64,000 nt of DNA from Magallana gigas. Taxonomy: Eukaryota. Location of the stretch: positions 60,264,001 to 60,328,000 of the forward strand of contig NC_088855.1 in NCBI RefSeq assembly GCF_963853765.1, read 5' to 3'. A program made the position numbers and the translations under genes. Below the pieces are notes generated by a model that was not told the DNA's origin, did no database searches, and was given only the letters and a program-made list of their open reading frames with translations. Of this stretch, positions 1 to 12,390 are shown piece after piece (within the stretch, counting starts at the first letter, position 1; each line of letters starts with the position of its first letter).

Positions 1-1500
1 ATCTTATCGTTGAAAATATCTTTTTTCGTGGGACTTACTTTTTTTCATGGAGTAGTTTATGTAGATGTAGATTTTTTTCCCCGAAGGATGGGGTGCAAGC
101 AACTTGTCAGCAAAAGAACCAATACATGTATAAGGAACAAGATAGAATAAAGATTTTTTTTTTTTACTAAGGATACTAATAAGGTGTGACATTTTAAACA
201 AAACTCACGAAATTATCAGAATTTGAAATTTAAAAAAGTATGAAACCCTACACAATGGAAGTTATAGTTAATATGACATGTTTAACATTGCTTCAAACAT
301 GATATTGTGAATGTTTCTGTAAACACGGTTAAAACTTGCAATTGCTATGCAGTGATATTTTATAAATATGTTTATCATTTCTGATGGAATTTTTTTCTTT
401 TCTTATACCATTAATATAAACAATTGCGTTTTCTTCTACATATTATAAAGTAGAGTAGATGGAAGTGTAAAAGTCTATAATCTATAGACGCTGTTCAATA
501 TTTATTCGAACATTTTTAAGTTTCAAGATTAGGGTCAGGGTATTGTAAGAAAGAAGCCAAAATCAAGATAATATAGATAGAATATTTTTTTTTATAAAAG
601 TGATGCGCATTTTTGACGGTAAATTGATAAGTATTTTCAGTAATGTGTAAACAGACGAGTTTATAGTTTCGGTTACAAACAAAACGGAGAAAATTAATTT
701 ATTTTTAAAAAGCTGTTTGATCAATGTGCAGAAGTGATAAGTCTTGTTACAATATCTATTGCTTGTGATAATTGCCAAATTAAAGGGAGTTTATTGATAA
801 ATGAAACTAAAGACAAAATAATTCTACGTTAGGTAATAGATTTATCAATAACTGTGTCATTCAAACCATTTTCTGAGATAAAAAAGTAAGTTGACTGTTT
901 ATTTACACAGTGTTGAGCGACGATTTGAATAGCGACCACTAATTCACTGTCAATAGCCGGCATTGAGTCTTAGAGCCAGATAATGATCAACACCGCCACG
1001 TATTACCACCACTCCCCCAGCTGAGCATGTTTGAATACAAACACGTGCACACAAAAAAAAACGTCAGTCAATGACTGCTGTTTAAATTCTCAAGTAAGGA
1101 CACGAATTGACATTGATTCTCCATAACTCTCAAAAGGATCCTATAGCCCTTCCTTTAGTGTATACCCTGGCCATGTTAATTTGATGTTCTCTAGAAGGAA
1201 GTGAAAAGGGTAGGTTTCTCTTCTGATATTCTCTGTTGATATTTTTGTGTATTCATGTATTTATTCAATTTATCATTTAGTGAAAGCTGGTTTAAAATTT
1301 ATTTCACCAATTTATATTCATCACATGTATTTGGCTGCAAAGCGATTGCTCTCCAGAATGTAATTCGAAACATCATCTGTATGGTTATTTATTCAATGGT
1401 GTCAAGCATTTATCAAAAATTTATCTCATCATTAACATTTCTCTCACTGCAATCATTTTACTTATTACTAGAAATGACTGAAATGGGGTTTTTTTCTATC

Positions 1501-2445
1501 CTTTATTCTTTATTGACCAAAGGAGCCATGTGGCTCATAGGCATATAATACATACAATTAACAGGAGAATGGCGGGGGATTCTACATGGTATGTATGTCA
1601 AATGGTGTACAATATTATTAATATATAATAGATATGTAAATATACGTAAGACAGATGTTACATTAAAGTTTTAAAATTCAGAGAATTTAAAACTATCTAT
1701 AACAATAGTTTTAAATTCTCTGAATTTTAAAACATTAATGTAACACTGATAACATCATAAGGAATTAACATATTAATTTTTCTCTCAGCTTAGAAGCTTT
1801 CAATAAATATTGGCAAAGTTTCTGAATAGATTTGAAGTTATCATAACTAAACAACTGTATAAATTTGAAAAACGAAGGTTTCTTATAGTAGTAAGGTTTT
1901 ATGTATTTTTCTCGAATATTCGAAAAAGCAGGACAGATCAGAACAAAATGAAATTCGTCCTCTATCTCTTGAGAATTACACAAAGTACATTTACGGTCAT
2001 TTCTAGGTATGTTTTTATACCTTCCGTTTTCAACGTACAAGGAATGCGCTGATATTCTATATTTACATAACAGAGACTTTTCTTTATGTGACAACCGTTT
2101 CAAAAGATATTTCTGTAAACAAAAATGTGAAGCTATTTCCTTGTACACTATACATTTTGAAGAATTTTCAAAAACACTATAACAATTCTGTATGAACGCG
2201 TCCGTAAGGCGCTGTTCAACTAGTAGAACAAATTGTTTAACATTAGTAACTTCTTGTTGTTCCCAAAAATTTCCAAGTCCCAGACAATAAAGTTCATTTC
2301 TAACTAGGCTTACCCAGTTTTTACATTTTTGCTGTTGTTTTTCATATTCATATAACAATTCCTTATAACAGTTCTGAAGTATACAATTATTTGTTGTCGG
2401 CAAGCTACACCAGTATTTCAAAATACGAAGTTTTATCAATGTTTA
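1501..2445 (-). mobile_element. 5'-truncated non-LTR retrotransposon (CR1/L2-like LINE) 3' end: C-terminal part of RT ORF (1765..2439) plus 3' UTR and (GAATAAA)-type tail
   Basis: ORF has the LINE ORF2 C-terminal signature CKYRISAHSLYVENGRY...RKCTLC...EDEFHFVLICP. On the minus strand it is followed by a short GAGCCA-CA-TGGCTC stem-loop (1523..1536) and an AATAAAGAATAAAG tail ending near 1501. Confidence 0.8.
1657..1744. repeat. 88-bp near-perfect inverted repeat (40-bp arms, 1 mismatch, 8-nt loop)
   Basis: gttacattaaagttttaaaattcagagaatttaaaactat-ctataaca-atagttttaaattctctgaattttaaaacattaatgtaac, read directly. Confidence 0.9.
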
Positions 2446-4397
2446 TTTTCTTAAGGGAGGGGGTATATAATTATAAAAGTTTGGGATAGATATTACTTTT
2501 TTCGAATACTATTAAGTCAAGTGAACCACTTAAATTTCGTTTGACGTAATTTAAATCCCATGTACAAACAGGGAAACCAGTCTGAGTGATATTGAGGAAA
2601 CATTCTGAATAGATCTTTTTTTTTTCGAAAAAAAAACTGTATGTGTTTTGTTTACATATACGCAATTTAAATACGGTTTCTAATTCCTTGAATACAATTT
2701 GCCCTTGACATTAAGATCAAAGGGCACCAGCATGATATGTAAATACAGGAAGTGACCGAGAATCGTACTACCTGTAGTTGGTCCGTATTGTTTTTTCCTG
2801 GTTTATGTTTTTTCATTTTTTATTATTTATTGTATTCAATTTTCAAATATTCTATGACTGTCTTGTACATATGTCACAAATCCATATCACTGGAAATCAA
2901 ACTAACAGGGTCATTTAAATATTATCAGCTTTTAGTGCACCAGCAATATACGTAATTTATCTACAATGTCACACTCATTTCTATTATATTGGATAGAATT
3001 CTATGTTTTATCTTTATTGATGACCACTCTTACCTTTTACTCTTAAGTAGTTTTCATTATTCAGTATCTCTCTTTGCTAGCTAAATTTAATGATACTGTT
3101 TTGAGTGCTCTCGATCTACAGTTTCGTCCTGTGATTGATTTCAAAGTACCAGAGAAGTAAAAAGCTCTATCTCCATGTGACATTTTGAGTGGATTTGCAG
3201 ATTGCATAATAATGTTCTGATCGTAGCTGGAGGCAAAGAGGTCATTCATAAAGCGTTCAGATCCAAATGTTACCTTTTATATGTTTGTTTACAAGTATTT
3301 ATGATTTTTACCTTTTATTTAGCGACGTCTGTATAAAGAAAATGATGAAGCACCATGACGGTGTGGAATTCTGTGGAATAATTTCTGGCTTTGAATGATG
3401 GATTATCAACCTTGTTGTGAATATTCCTACACATTTTTAACTAGGTAAGTTCAAACCTATTTCAATAATTATAGTACTAGTAAATTAAATGATTCGTAAA
3501 AATATGATTATAATATCGTATTTTTATTTACTTCCTGTTTTTAGCAACTGTCTGATTTCTAAGGTAATATAATATTATAGATTGAACAAAAGAAGGGAAA
3601 GGTGGTACGTTTAAATTAATACACTATTGGAATTGTATTGTCAAAAAACACTTGGCAAAAATGTATGTTTCTTGTTAGAGCCCACCATTGACCTAACCCC
3701 AAAACATGAAAATCACAAGATACTATCTTCAACCATGCGCCACAAGCTGCAGAGTGAACTCAAGTTGACGTCTGGCCCACGGCCCACTTTGCACATGACA
3801 CGCCCCTTGCCAAATTCCTTACTAAACAGAATGATAAAGACACTGATTATCCGGTCCTTTGTATGCTTTAAACTTGTCGTTACGTAAACGGTTAAAATTA
3901 ACCAAATAAGGTAGTCATTGCAAAAAAGGACAATCTAAATACAATCTAAATACTGACACCAAATAATATTAATTGTACAGTTTCTAGGGGAACAAAATGA
4001 ACTTCCTACTCGCTAGTTTATCAAATCTAATCTTTCCCTCAGCAAATCTTTTCCGTATGATTTGTTTTTTTTAAAAAGAGACATACACAGTATCATACCT
4101 ATGTTAAAAGTGGTCAACGAGGAAGTATCTTAAAACCCGGAATTTAGACGGTTCCGAGCGGTAAGCCTAGAATGCTTTGTATCATGGCATGATTCCTTAA
4201 CATGCAACTGTACATGCTAGAATTAATGTATTAATGCATACAAATAACAATGTATTGTTTACAATAATAAGAATTATTTCTTGGTAAACTTTCATTAAAA
4301 TCAATGGAGAAAGTGAAAGAAATTGGTATACTGAACTCTCGTATTAATCAATGTTCCCTCGGTGAAGTAAACAGAAAGAGATGATATTGGTGTGCAG

Positions 4398-4599
4398 GGC
4401 TGCGTTTTACAAAAGAACTTACGACCTAATTAATCACAAACTTATCAATGTTTTATTCTCATGGATGTAGAATATAATTATGGACATCAGAGTAGTTGTA
4501 TAAATAAAGCTCTGTCTAAGTTTTGTTCTTTATATATCATTCCATGAGACTGAAAATATTTATGACTTTGTGACGAAAGTTCTTTTGTAAAACACAGCC
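4398..4599. mobile_element. PIF/Harbinger-type (Tourist-like) MITE, 202 bp
   Basis: TIRs ggctgcgttttacaaaagaactt / aagttcttttgtaaaacacagcc (1 mismatch) flanked by a 3-bp CAG duplication (4395-4397, 4600-4602). Confidence 0.75.
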
Positions 4600-5385
4600 C
4601 AGGTCTTCAGAGACTTCGGGATGAAATCATAATATTCATTAATATATATGTCTTAATTAATATAAAATATCGGGTATCATTTTGCATGTACTAATCGTTA
4701 TCTACACATGTATCCATCACGGGGAATCAAACAAACACGATGTCAAACAAGATCACTGGAACTATTTCATCAATACAAAAATATTACACAGCCAACACAA
4801 CTGTAATTCTAGACATTTCCAATCTTAACTTATTGAATTCAAATTAAATGTAGGCGTTAATGGTTAAGGACAGTTATCAAATTTCCCGATTGAGTGGGGC
4901 TTATCGTCTATTATTTCCTCGTCCGTTAGTTGTATTTCCAATTCCTATAGTATTTACCGATTTTAAGATTTGACATGGACAACCTTCTTAAAAACATCTG
5001 CTCTATTTGGTGGTTCATGCGATTTTGATGGTTGCAAGCAGTGCAGAAAATAAAAAAACTGTTTACGATTTTTTGGGGCAATAATCACTATACTTTTATT
5101 GTCCGTATGTATTGTACCACTATAGAACAACTGTTCATAGATACATCTCTCTATTTCGGACCTTAATTGTTTATTAGTGCGTTACGCTGAAATATATAGA
5201 AGATTTACTCGACACACCTCCTCCTTCATTATTTATTATAATTATTAATATAAGATGGCAAAACTAGCAATTGTGTATTATATGGATTTTAATTGCATCA
5301 ATTTTGTTCTAGTTTCAAAATTTCGAGATAATAAATGTTTAACTCAGTCTTCAAAAATAAAGTTCCGAGTGAACACCTTTACATT

Positions 5386-5822
5386 AAAAAGCACCATCGT
5401 ATAAAAAGCACCATCACATTAAAAGCACCATCTACATATAATAAAGCACCATCTTCGTATAATAAAGCACCACTTTCATATAATAAAGCACCATCTTCAT
5501 ATAAAGCACCACCTTCATATATCAAAGCACCACCCTCATATAATAAAGCACCATCTTCATATAAAGCACCACCTTCATATATCAAAGCACCACCCTCATA
5601 TAATAAAGCACCATCTTCATATAACAAAGCACCACCCTCATATAACAAAGCACCACCCTCATATAATAAAGCACCATCTTCACATAAAAAAGCACCATCT
5701 TCATATAATAAAGCACCACCTTCATATAATAAAGCACCATCTTCACATAATAAAACACCATCTTCACATGAAATAACCACAACATAACATAATAAAGCAC
5801 CATCTTCACATGAAATAGCCAC
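5386..5822. repeat. Minisatellite, 21-bp unit (ataataaagcaccatcttcat) with 18-bp variants, about 20 copies
   Basis: Direct tandem periodicity. It gives open low-complexity frames on both strands (YNKAPSS / EDGALLY). Confidence 0.9.
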
Positions 5823-6178
5823 ATAAGGCAGCTATGGCGTTCCATAACTAGGCTTGGCTGTACTGAAGGCTAACGATATAGAAGTCGGAAAAATTCAAAG
5901 AATATGTATGCAAACAAATTGAATAAACCAGCTAGTTAGATCGTTATTCGACTTTTTCAATGCATGTGGAAAAAAAGTCGAATTCCGTATCAATTGAGTA
6001 ATAGTAATAATCTAGGGTAAAAATACGAAGAAAAAGTGAATATTTTTGCGGCTGAAATCCCTGAAAGATACACCATTGTTAAGATCCTTTATACCTTGCT
6101 ATTATTACATGCTATTGACAATACATGTGTGTGTCTAACTTGTTTCAGGCCTAGCCATTGACGGAATGTCCGGTCGAG

Positions 6179-7399
6179 ATGTCCAACTTAACCAGCCTGC
6201 CATTTTCTATGACGTCAGAACTGAGTGTCACGGAATCAACCACTCAGTTATCTCTTGGCGTCATTCATGCCGTGTATCCACCAATCCTGATTCTGGTTGG
6301 AGTCACGTGCAACATTTTCATCATTTTGGTCATGCGCACTAAACAGTTTTGCAGACAGTCTACAGCGGTGTTCATGACAACTGGCGCTGTGAATGACGCC
6401 TTAAGTCTGCTGATTTCCATGACAACACACTGGCTTCATGTTAGTTTTGACGGAATCTATTATCAAAACGAGGTTAAAGACATATGTCGGTTTCTTGACT
6501 TCTACGGATGGGGGAATTGCGACTATGGAATTTTGATTACAAGCACAATGACTGTTGACCGAGCGCTAGCAATGACATTTCCCTTAAAGGTCAAAACAAA
6601 GTCAGTGAAGCGAGCCAGGGTCACCGTTGTAATCCTTCTGCTGATTGTGGTGGCCAAGGAGTTTCATTTTCTAATTGGATCTCATATGGTTCCAGAATCA
6701 AGAAAAGAGCGCCTCTGTGATGTTTATCCACAAACAGATTCATACAAATTTTTCTGGAAAGAGGTGTGGCCATGGCTTCACCTTGCCTATTTGTCTCTCT
6801 GTTTCATTACTATTATATGCAGCAATATAGTTCTTGTCATTCAAATAATCAAATCATCAAAGTTTGAAGAAAGCATCAGGAAAGATTCAAATTCATTCGA
6901 CCACTCCAAAGGAAAGGACCACAATAAAACTAGTTATGTGAAAAGAACGAGAAAACAACTCCATACCATCGCCCCAATGTTGATAGGAGAATCCATTTTG
7001 ATGCTGATTTTAACGTTTCCTTTCTCCGTGCAGCTGTCTGTGTCGGAGTACAATCCGGAATTTTACCGTGCGCCGGGAATGGCTCTGTTGTTCTCGGTGA
7101 CTTTCTACATGTTGTACACCAACAAGTGCGTCACCTTCTTTGTGTATCTAGTGACCGGCAGCAAATTCAGGGAGTCCCTCAAACAAGTGTTCTGGAGGTG
7201 TCTCAAAGGGAAGGGTGGGGTGCGGAGAAACAGGTTCAACACCTTTTCTCAGTGGTATAAGAAGAGACAGGGTGGCTACTCCAGACAGGGCGAGAAGGAC
7301 CCCGCGGGAAGCCCGTGGACCACGGAGAGCGGCTCCAAGGATCCCGTGACCCCCAATCCTCGCTTACACCAGGGCAACTTTGTGTCCACGCATCTCTGA
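6179..7399 (+). CDS. Class A (rhodopsin-like) GPCR, peptide/FMRFamide-receptor-like, intronless coding exon, ~406 aa
   Basis: Seven hydrophobic segments, TM1 GVTCN, TM2 VNDALSL, DRY-equivalent TVDRA, TM6 LTFP, TM7 NKCVTFFVY. Probable start ATG at 6179; a splice acceptor tttcag ends at 6148 just upstream. Confidence 0.9.
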   Translation: MSNLTSLPFSMTSELSVTESTTQLSLGVIHAVYPPILILVGVTCNIFIILVMRTKQFCRQSTAVFMTTGAVNDALSLLISMTTHWLHVSFDGIYYQNEVKDICRFLDFYGWGNCDYGILITSTMTVDRALAMTFPLKVKTKSVKRARVTVVILLLIVVAKEFHFLIGSHMVPESRKERLCDVYPQTDSYKFFWKEVWPWLHLAYLSLCFITIICSNIVLVIQIIKSSKFEESIRKDSNSFDHSKGKDHNKTSYVKRTRKQLHTIAPMLIGESILMLILTFPFSVQLSVSEYNPEFYRAPGMALLFSVTFYMLYTNKCVTFFVYLVTGSKFRESLKQVFWRCLKGKGGVRRNRFNTFSQWYKKRQGGYSRQGEKDPAGSPWTTESGSKDPVTPNPRLHQGNFVSTHL

Positions 7400-7687
7400 C
7401 TGGCCACGTCCTGTTGTTGTGCATACTTCTACACCCACTGTTACTTTATTGCGGTGCCATAAATGGATGCACACGTTCTGTTTGTTTTATGAAAACAACA
7501 AATGTATAGATTTGTTAAATTCATACGTACTGTGCTTTGTTAAACTTATTAAAGAAAGTATGTTTATTGTTATGACTTAAAGTCATTAAATGTTTTTAAT
7601 ACCTAGAACGTTAGGTTGCAATTATTTGAATGCATTTTGTAATTTATATAAAGAGTTATAAGCCAATGCTTTAACATTTTCTAACTA

Positions 7688-8892
7688 AACAAGCATTCTG
7701 AAAGTATTGCATAAGCAATACACGTCCCCTACCGGTTTGTAGAAATTTGTGAAAACAATGGACTGTTATGCATAATATCATTCTTACCGTCTTCTGTACC
7801 CCGAATCAACAGACCAACCCGATAACGAACCCGATTGTAATTATACAAAAAACCCTGTCGATTAAATTAACAACATAATGCTTGAAACTATTTTATAGAA
7901 CTTATTTGTTTGTTAGAAACAATAAAAGGAATGGTCCAAGTAATGCACAATATTATTACTGACTACATACTTTCCTCGTTTATTGAATACACGCCGAACC
8001 CGATACCGAACCCGAACATTAATCAAAGTACTGAAGTACTGACGGGAGTTGATTTTATCGATTATCATTTATTTTTTGCAGGGCAATTAGTTTCTATAGT
8101 CTGTATTTAAATTACGCATTTTTTTATAACATGAATTTTAATTAGACTTTTCAGACAAGAATTTACAATATGAATTATGTTGTGTAATATTTAAAGATAA
8201 ATATCAAACTATGTATTAGAAATCGAAACAATTCTAAAAATTGTATGGATCCAAGCACTGTTGATATTGAACTCCAGTCTCGTTCAACCAGACGCTCAGC
8301 TGTCTCCGTTAATCTCCGACAAGCAAGAGAGTCTCTCTGTTTGTCGGAGATTTACGGAGACAGTCGAGCTTTTGGTTGAACCAGACTATATTAAACTCTG
8401 GCGTAGGAATACATGAGAGTACATAAATATCTAAATTGTTCGTATTATATAAAATCTTACTATTTTCAAAGTGTTTATAGATAAGTTTCCTCGAAAAACA
8501 ATGTTTCAGCATACATTACATCGAATTTTTGTATTATATTCAAGAACTAAGACTTGTCAGCGGTGATGATTTGTGCTTAGGTCCAAACACTGTTTCACTT
8601 TCGGTTTGCCAGCGTGACTGCATAGGAGAGTTGATTAAAATCAACTCCCAAAAAAGGAATATAAAAAATTAATTGTCTCGAAAATATGTCAACCAGACGC
8701 TACAAAAATGTAAACTTGATCTGTAGTTTGACATTTTGAAGCTGTTCAGCAAATTTCATGTTATTCCTCAAACGCATAAAGAAAAAAGCGTGGAAAACTG
8801 AAGTGGGACAGACAGACGGACGGACGGACGGACGGACGGACGCAGAGGAAAGCTATTGTCCCCTCCGGTGAAACCGGTAGGGGACTAATAAG
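7688..8892 (+). mobile_element. Non-autonomous Helentron-associated element (HINE/DINE-1-like)
   Basis: Subterminal inverted repeat gtcccctaccggttt (7724..7738) / aaaccggtaggggac (8871..8885), 3' palindrome gtcccctccggtgaaaccggtaggggac, and (GACG)n microsatellite at 8807..8842, matching the described HINE layout. Confidence 0.7.
8276..8387. mobile_element. Small palindromic MITE nested in the HINE
   Basis: agtctcgttcaacca...gctgtctccgttaatctccgacaa / ttgtcggagatttacggagacag...tggttgaaccagact form an imperfect hairpin over the whole length. Confidence 0.6.
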
Positions 8893-9133
8893 GGTTGTTA
8901 TTTTTTCCCAACTTTCACAACATACCATGCAGTCTGTGATAATGACTTACGTGAATCTGTATATGATGAGCATAATAATGTCTTCTATGATCACGTGTAC
9001 ACAAGATATTTATGCTGCACATTTGGACGATTTTTAATAAAAATACACAAACCTGTGAAAGAGGTACAATTGACATCGATGGAGGGGACAATTTCCAAGA
9101 TAACTTCATTCCTACATTATCATTTTTCTCTCG

Positions 9134-9421
9134 CAGGCACGTAGCATCAGGGGGGGCCAGGGGGGGCCTGGCCCCCCCACTTTTTTTCGCAGCAGCAAAT
9201 TTTTTAAAATTTACATATAAAAAAATGAATTATAATGGAGTTGGCCCCCCCACTTTTTTGGAAGTTAGTAAAAAATTGGTATGAAAATTAGGAAATGAGT
9301 AGTCAAATTGAAGTTACCGCCCCCCCCCCCCCCCCCCCCCCCCCCCCCCACGGATTAGGAATTTCATGATTTGGAGGGAAGAAAATTTTGGTAGGGAAGA
9401 TTTTTTTTTTTGAGCTGAGCC

Positions 9422-9470
<49 letters not shown>

Positions 9471-9584
9471 ACGGATTAGGATTTTGAAGATTTTTGGAAA
9501 ACTTTAAATTTCCCTTTTTTTGCTTGTCAAGATTTTTTGGATGGGTCTGGCCCCCCCACTTTCAAAAACGATGCTACGTGCCTG
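9134..9584. mobile_element. MITE with 15-bp TIRs and 5-bp TSD
   Basis: TIR caggcacgtagcatc (9134..9148) / gatgctacgtgcctg (9570..9584). TCTCG is duplicated on both flanks. Interior has poly-C tracts and repeated ggcccccccact motifs. Confidence 0.85.
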
Positions 9585-11168
9585 TCTCGTAATAATTCAC
9601 AGGAACGAAACCAGATTTCCTACGAAGATTTATAATAGGGAATGTTGACTTCTTTTCTTCATTCGTAAATCATTCGGAATACCTCGCACAAATTTTCAAC
9701 GTTATCTTCCGGGCTTCATTATGGCTGCAAAATCCCTGTAGACTTTCTATTTTTAGCCGTGTATTGAAACCTGACAAGCTAGAGATGGCATTTCAAATGG
9801 GGAATCTTGGGATTTTTTCATACTGATGAATGAACATCGTCTGAATCAAGAGTTATTTATAAATATCGAATAATTTAAGAAAATATGCGGCAAAATTATC
9901 TTGGGCCAGGCTATAGTATGCAAATTAGTCACTGTCCTGTGTAAAATTTCGAATTTACGATGATCTCCATCAGTTGTTGAAAATGACTTACGAAAAGCTA
10001 ATCGGTAGTCTTTGCTTTACTTATAGCAATTGAGGGTTTTTTGTTAGACTTGGTATCTAAAGTGTAATACATGTATTTATATTTCCATGTGAACTCACTT
10101 AGTTACACAGTAATTTTAACAAACATTTGATATATTTTGCAAAAATAATTCAATCGCTTTGTGTTTTATAATGGAAAATACACTTCATAATTACTTCATC
10201 CTTGAACATTTATCCAATGAATTGCTTAATAATGTCGTGAGATTGATATCAGGTTTGTGAGGTACCTAACGCACATGAAAGCAGATATAAAATTAACTGT
10301 TGAAAAGTGACTTCCTCTTTGGTAAAATAACGGGAGTTAAAAGGAAACGACCGAAATTGGCGTCATCTAAGAATGGTCCCTTTTGATTTTTTGTTCCATA
10401 AATATCGAGGTATTGACTTTGTTTATGCACATTTTTTAGTTAAATGTTATTCAAAGTGAATATTTCAATATGCGTTTGATACACTGCCTCTGGGGCTATT
10501 AATGGTGTGCATTGAATTGGACATATAATAGAATCAACAAAAGCATTCAGTAAAACGGTTGTATAACCAAAACAAGTTCGGCACTCAATGAATTCATTTG
10601 TTCAGCGGTTATGTAAGCCGACATGGGGCTCAAAGTGGGACAGAATGAGATGACAGCCCGACAGAGAAATAGACACCCCCCGGTCTCTATAGCTGAACCA
10701 TTCACAGTCGTGTATGAGCCGACATTTCCACACACGTTCCCTGGCACTTATATCAGCTTTGGTCCCATTCCAGGCAGTCGTTAAAGCCCCTTCCATGGAG
10801 TATCGTGTTGAGTGGTCTAACTACTAGACAAAGTATTTGATATCGTTATCCTCAACAGCAATCATCTTTTCTAATATGCACCATTTAAACATATATAGCC
10901 AAACGAAAAGAAAATAAGGGCGAAACTGACATTATTACCGGTATTTGTCAGAATTGATAAAGAAATGCATTCAGTCGAAGCGCCGTGAACTTGTCGAATG
11001 AACTGTTAACTTCACCAGACAGCAATATAGCATTTTCTTTTGAGCATGCGATAGAAAAGATTTTTTACAACAAAAGTTATGCATCACAAATGTTTCTAGT
11101 TTGACTTCGTTGTAATTATACAGAGAATCACATTTCTTAAGTTCTCTCTGGTTCAGATATATATAAGG

Positions 11169-11317
11169 AATAAGGAATCATTCTTTGGGTATTATGAGGT
11201 GATAATTTCGGTCGAGGCGTGATCAAATCCAATAAAGCCCGAAGGGCTTTATGATATATTTGATCACGCCCCGACCGAAATTATCACCTCATAATATTCA
11301 AAGAATGATTCCTTATT
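11169..11317. mobile_element. 149-bp palindromic interspersed element, copy 1
   Basis: Arms aataaggaatcattcttt...tcaaat / atttga...aaagaatgattccttatt around a central aaagcccgaagggcttt hairpin. A second copy lies at 50043..50191 in the opposite orientation. Confidence 0.75.
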
Positions 11318-12390
11318 ACTTATATTTATATAATTGTAGGCCATCGTACGATTAAATCTTTAAATATAAATAAGCAAACCCCGCCGGCGCCTCAATTTGG
11401 CGTCATTTGTATTATGGGTTATATAGTACAAAATCGATACGTAGTGTTATCACAGACAAAGACACTGGATAATGTAAATATAACCTAGCTTATAACAACA
11501 AATTAGTGCACATCAGTCGATGTAAGACCAACAACAGGGATAACTTATACGTTACATTATTTATAGTAACGCCTATTGCTTAGAATATCTGCTATAAATA
11601 GCATTATTGGGCATACATGTAGAGTGTACTAGATATTGAGTCTTGCTATTAGTACTTCCAGTTCTTTGATTTGACATAGCTCCGACAATGCCGGCATAGT
11701 CAAATAATGAATTAATGGAAGAATCTCAAAGGAACAATTTAAATTTGGGAAATAAAAAAACATGTACATTTTATGTAGAAATGGCGACAATTTCCACGTT
11801 AGCGACGCTTTGGGACGACCGCCTGTTTAATCAAAGAACCACAACTCCAACAAAAATAGCAGAATAATCCTCCTGATTAAAACTATAGAAGCTGTGTGGG
11901 AAGTAGAGCATACAAGATGTGAATCGTTGTTCAACCGTCTTATACCTAATATACAATGTACCTATTACTCATGAACCCAACTCTTCCACACGATAGTTTA
12001 CTCAGTCAACTCTTACACACGATAGTTTACTCAGTCAACAAACTTTTAAAGCAGAATGAAACAAAGATATAAAATTTTAAAAATTTTATTAAAAAAATAA
12101 TTTTGAAACATTTCTCGCTCCTTCTCTCTCTCCCCTCTCTCTCTTTCATACATACAAGATTACAGTTTATACAGGTATAACATGTCTTTATGATATATGC
12201 CACATGAATCTGTCTTGGTTTTTGTAGGGAATCTCGAAGTAAAATGAACTCCCTGCCATATGTTCATGAACTGATGAAGACTTTGTTTGACTTATAAAAA
12301 GTTCTTCTCATTAAATACACGAGGTATAAGCTGACGATTCTGGGAATTAATCTCACTCAATGCTTTAATGTTGTCTGTATTGCCTTGTCA

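Noticed and set aside
1255-1548. 97-aa hydrophobic ORF and the many other 60-110 aa AT-rich ORFs in the track
   Set aside because: Non-ATG starts or low-complexity F/I/L/Y composition typical of chance ORFs in AT-rich introns; no motifs.
5335-5845. Repetitive protein genes on either strand
   Set aside because: Open frames are explained by the multiple-of-three minisatellite; there is no signal peptide or splice support. Kept only as a low-interest finding.
10540-10870. GC-richer island with short minus-strand ORFs (10547..10747, 10602..10796)
   Set aside because: No recognisable motif or consistent splice frame; left unannotated, possibly a repeat fragment or non-coding exon.
11963-12038. 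29-bp tandem duplication downstream of PCLAF
   Set aside because: Only two copies and not tied to any identifiable signal.
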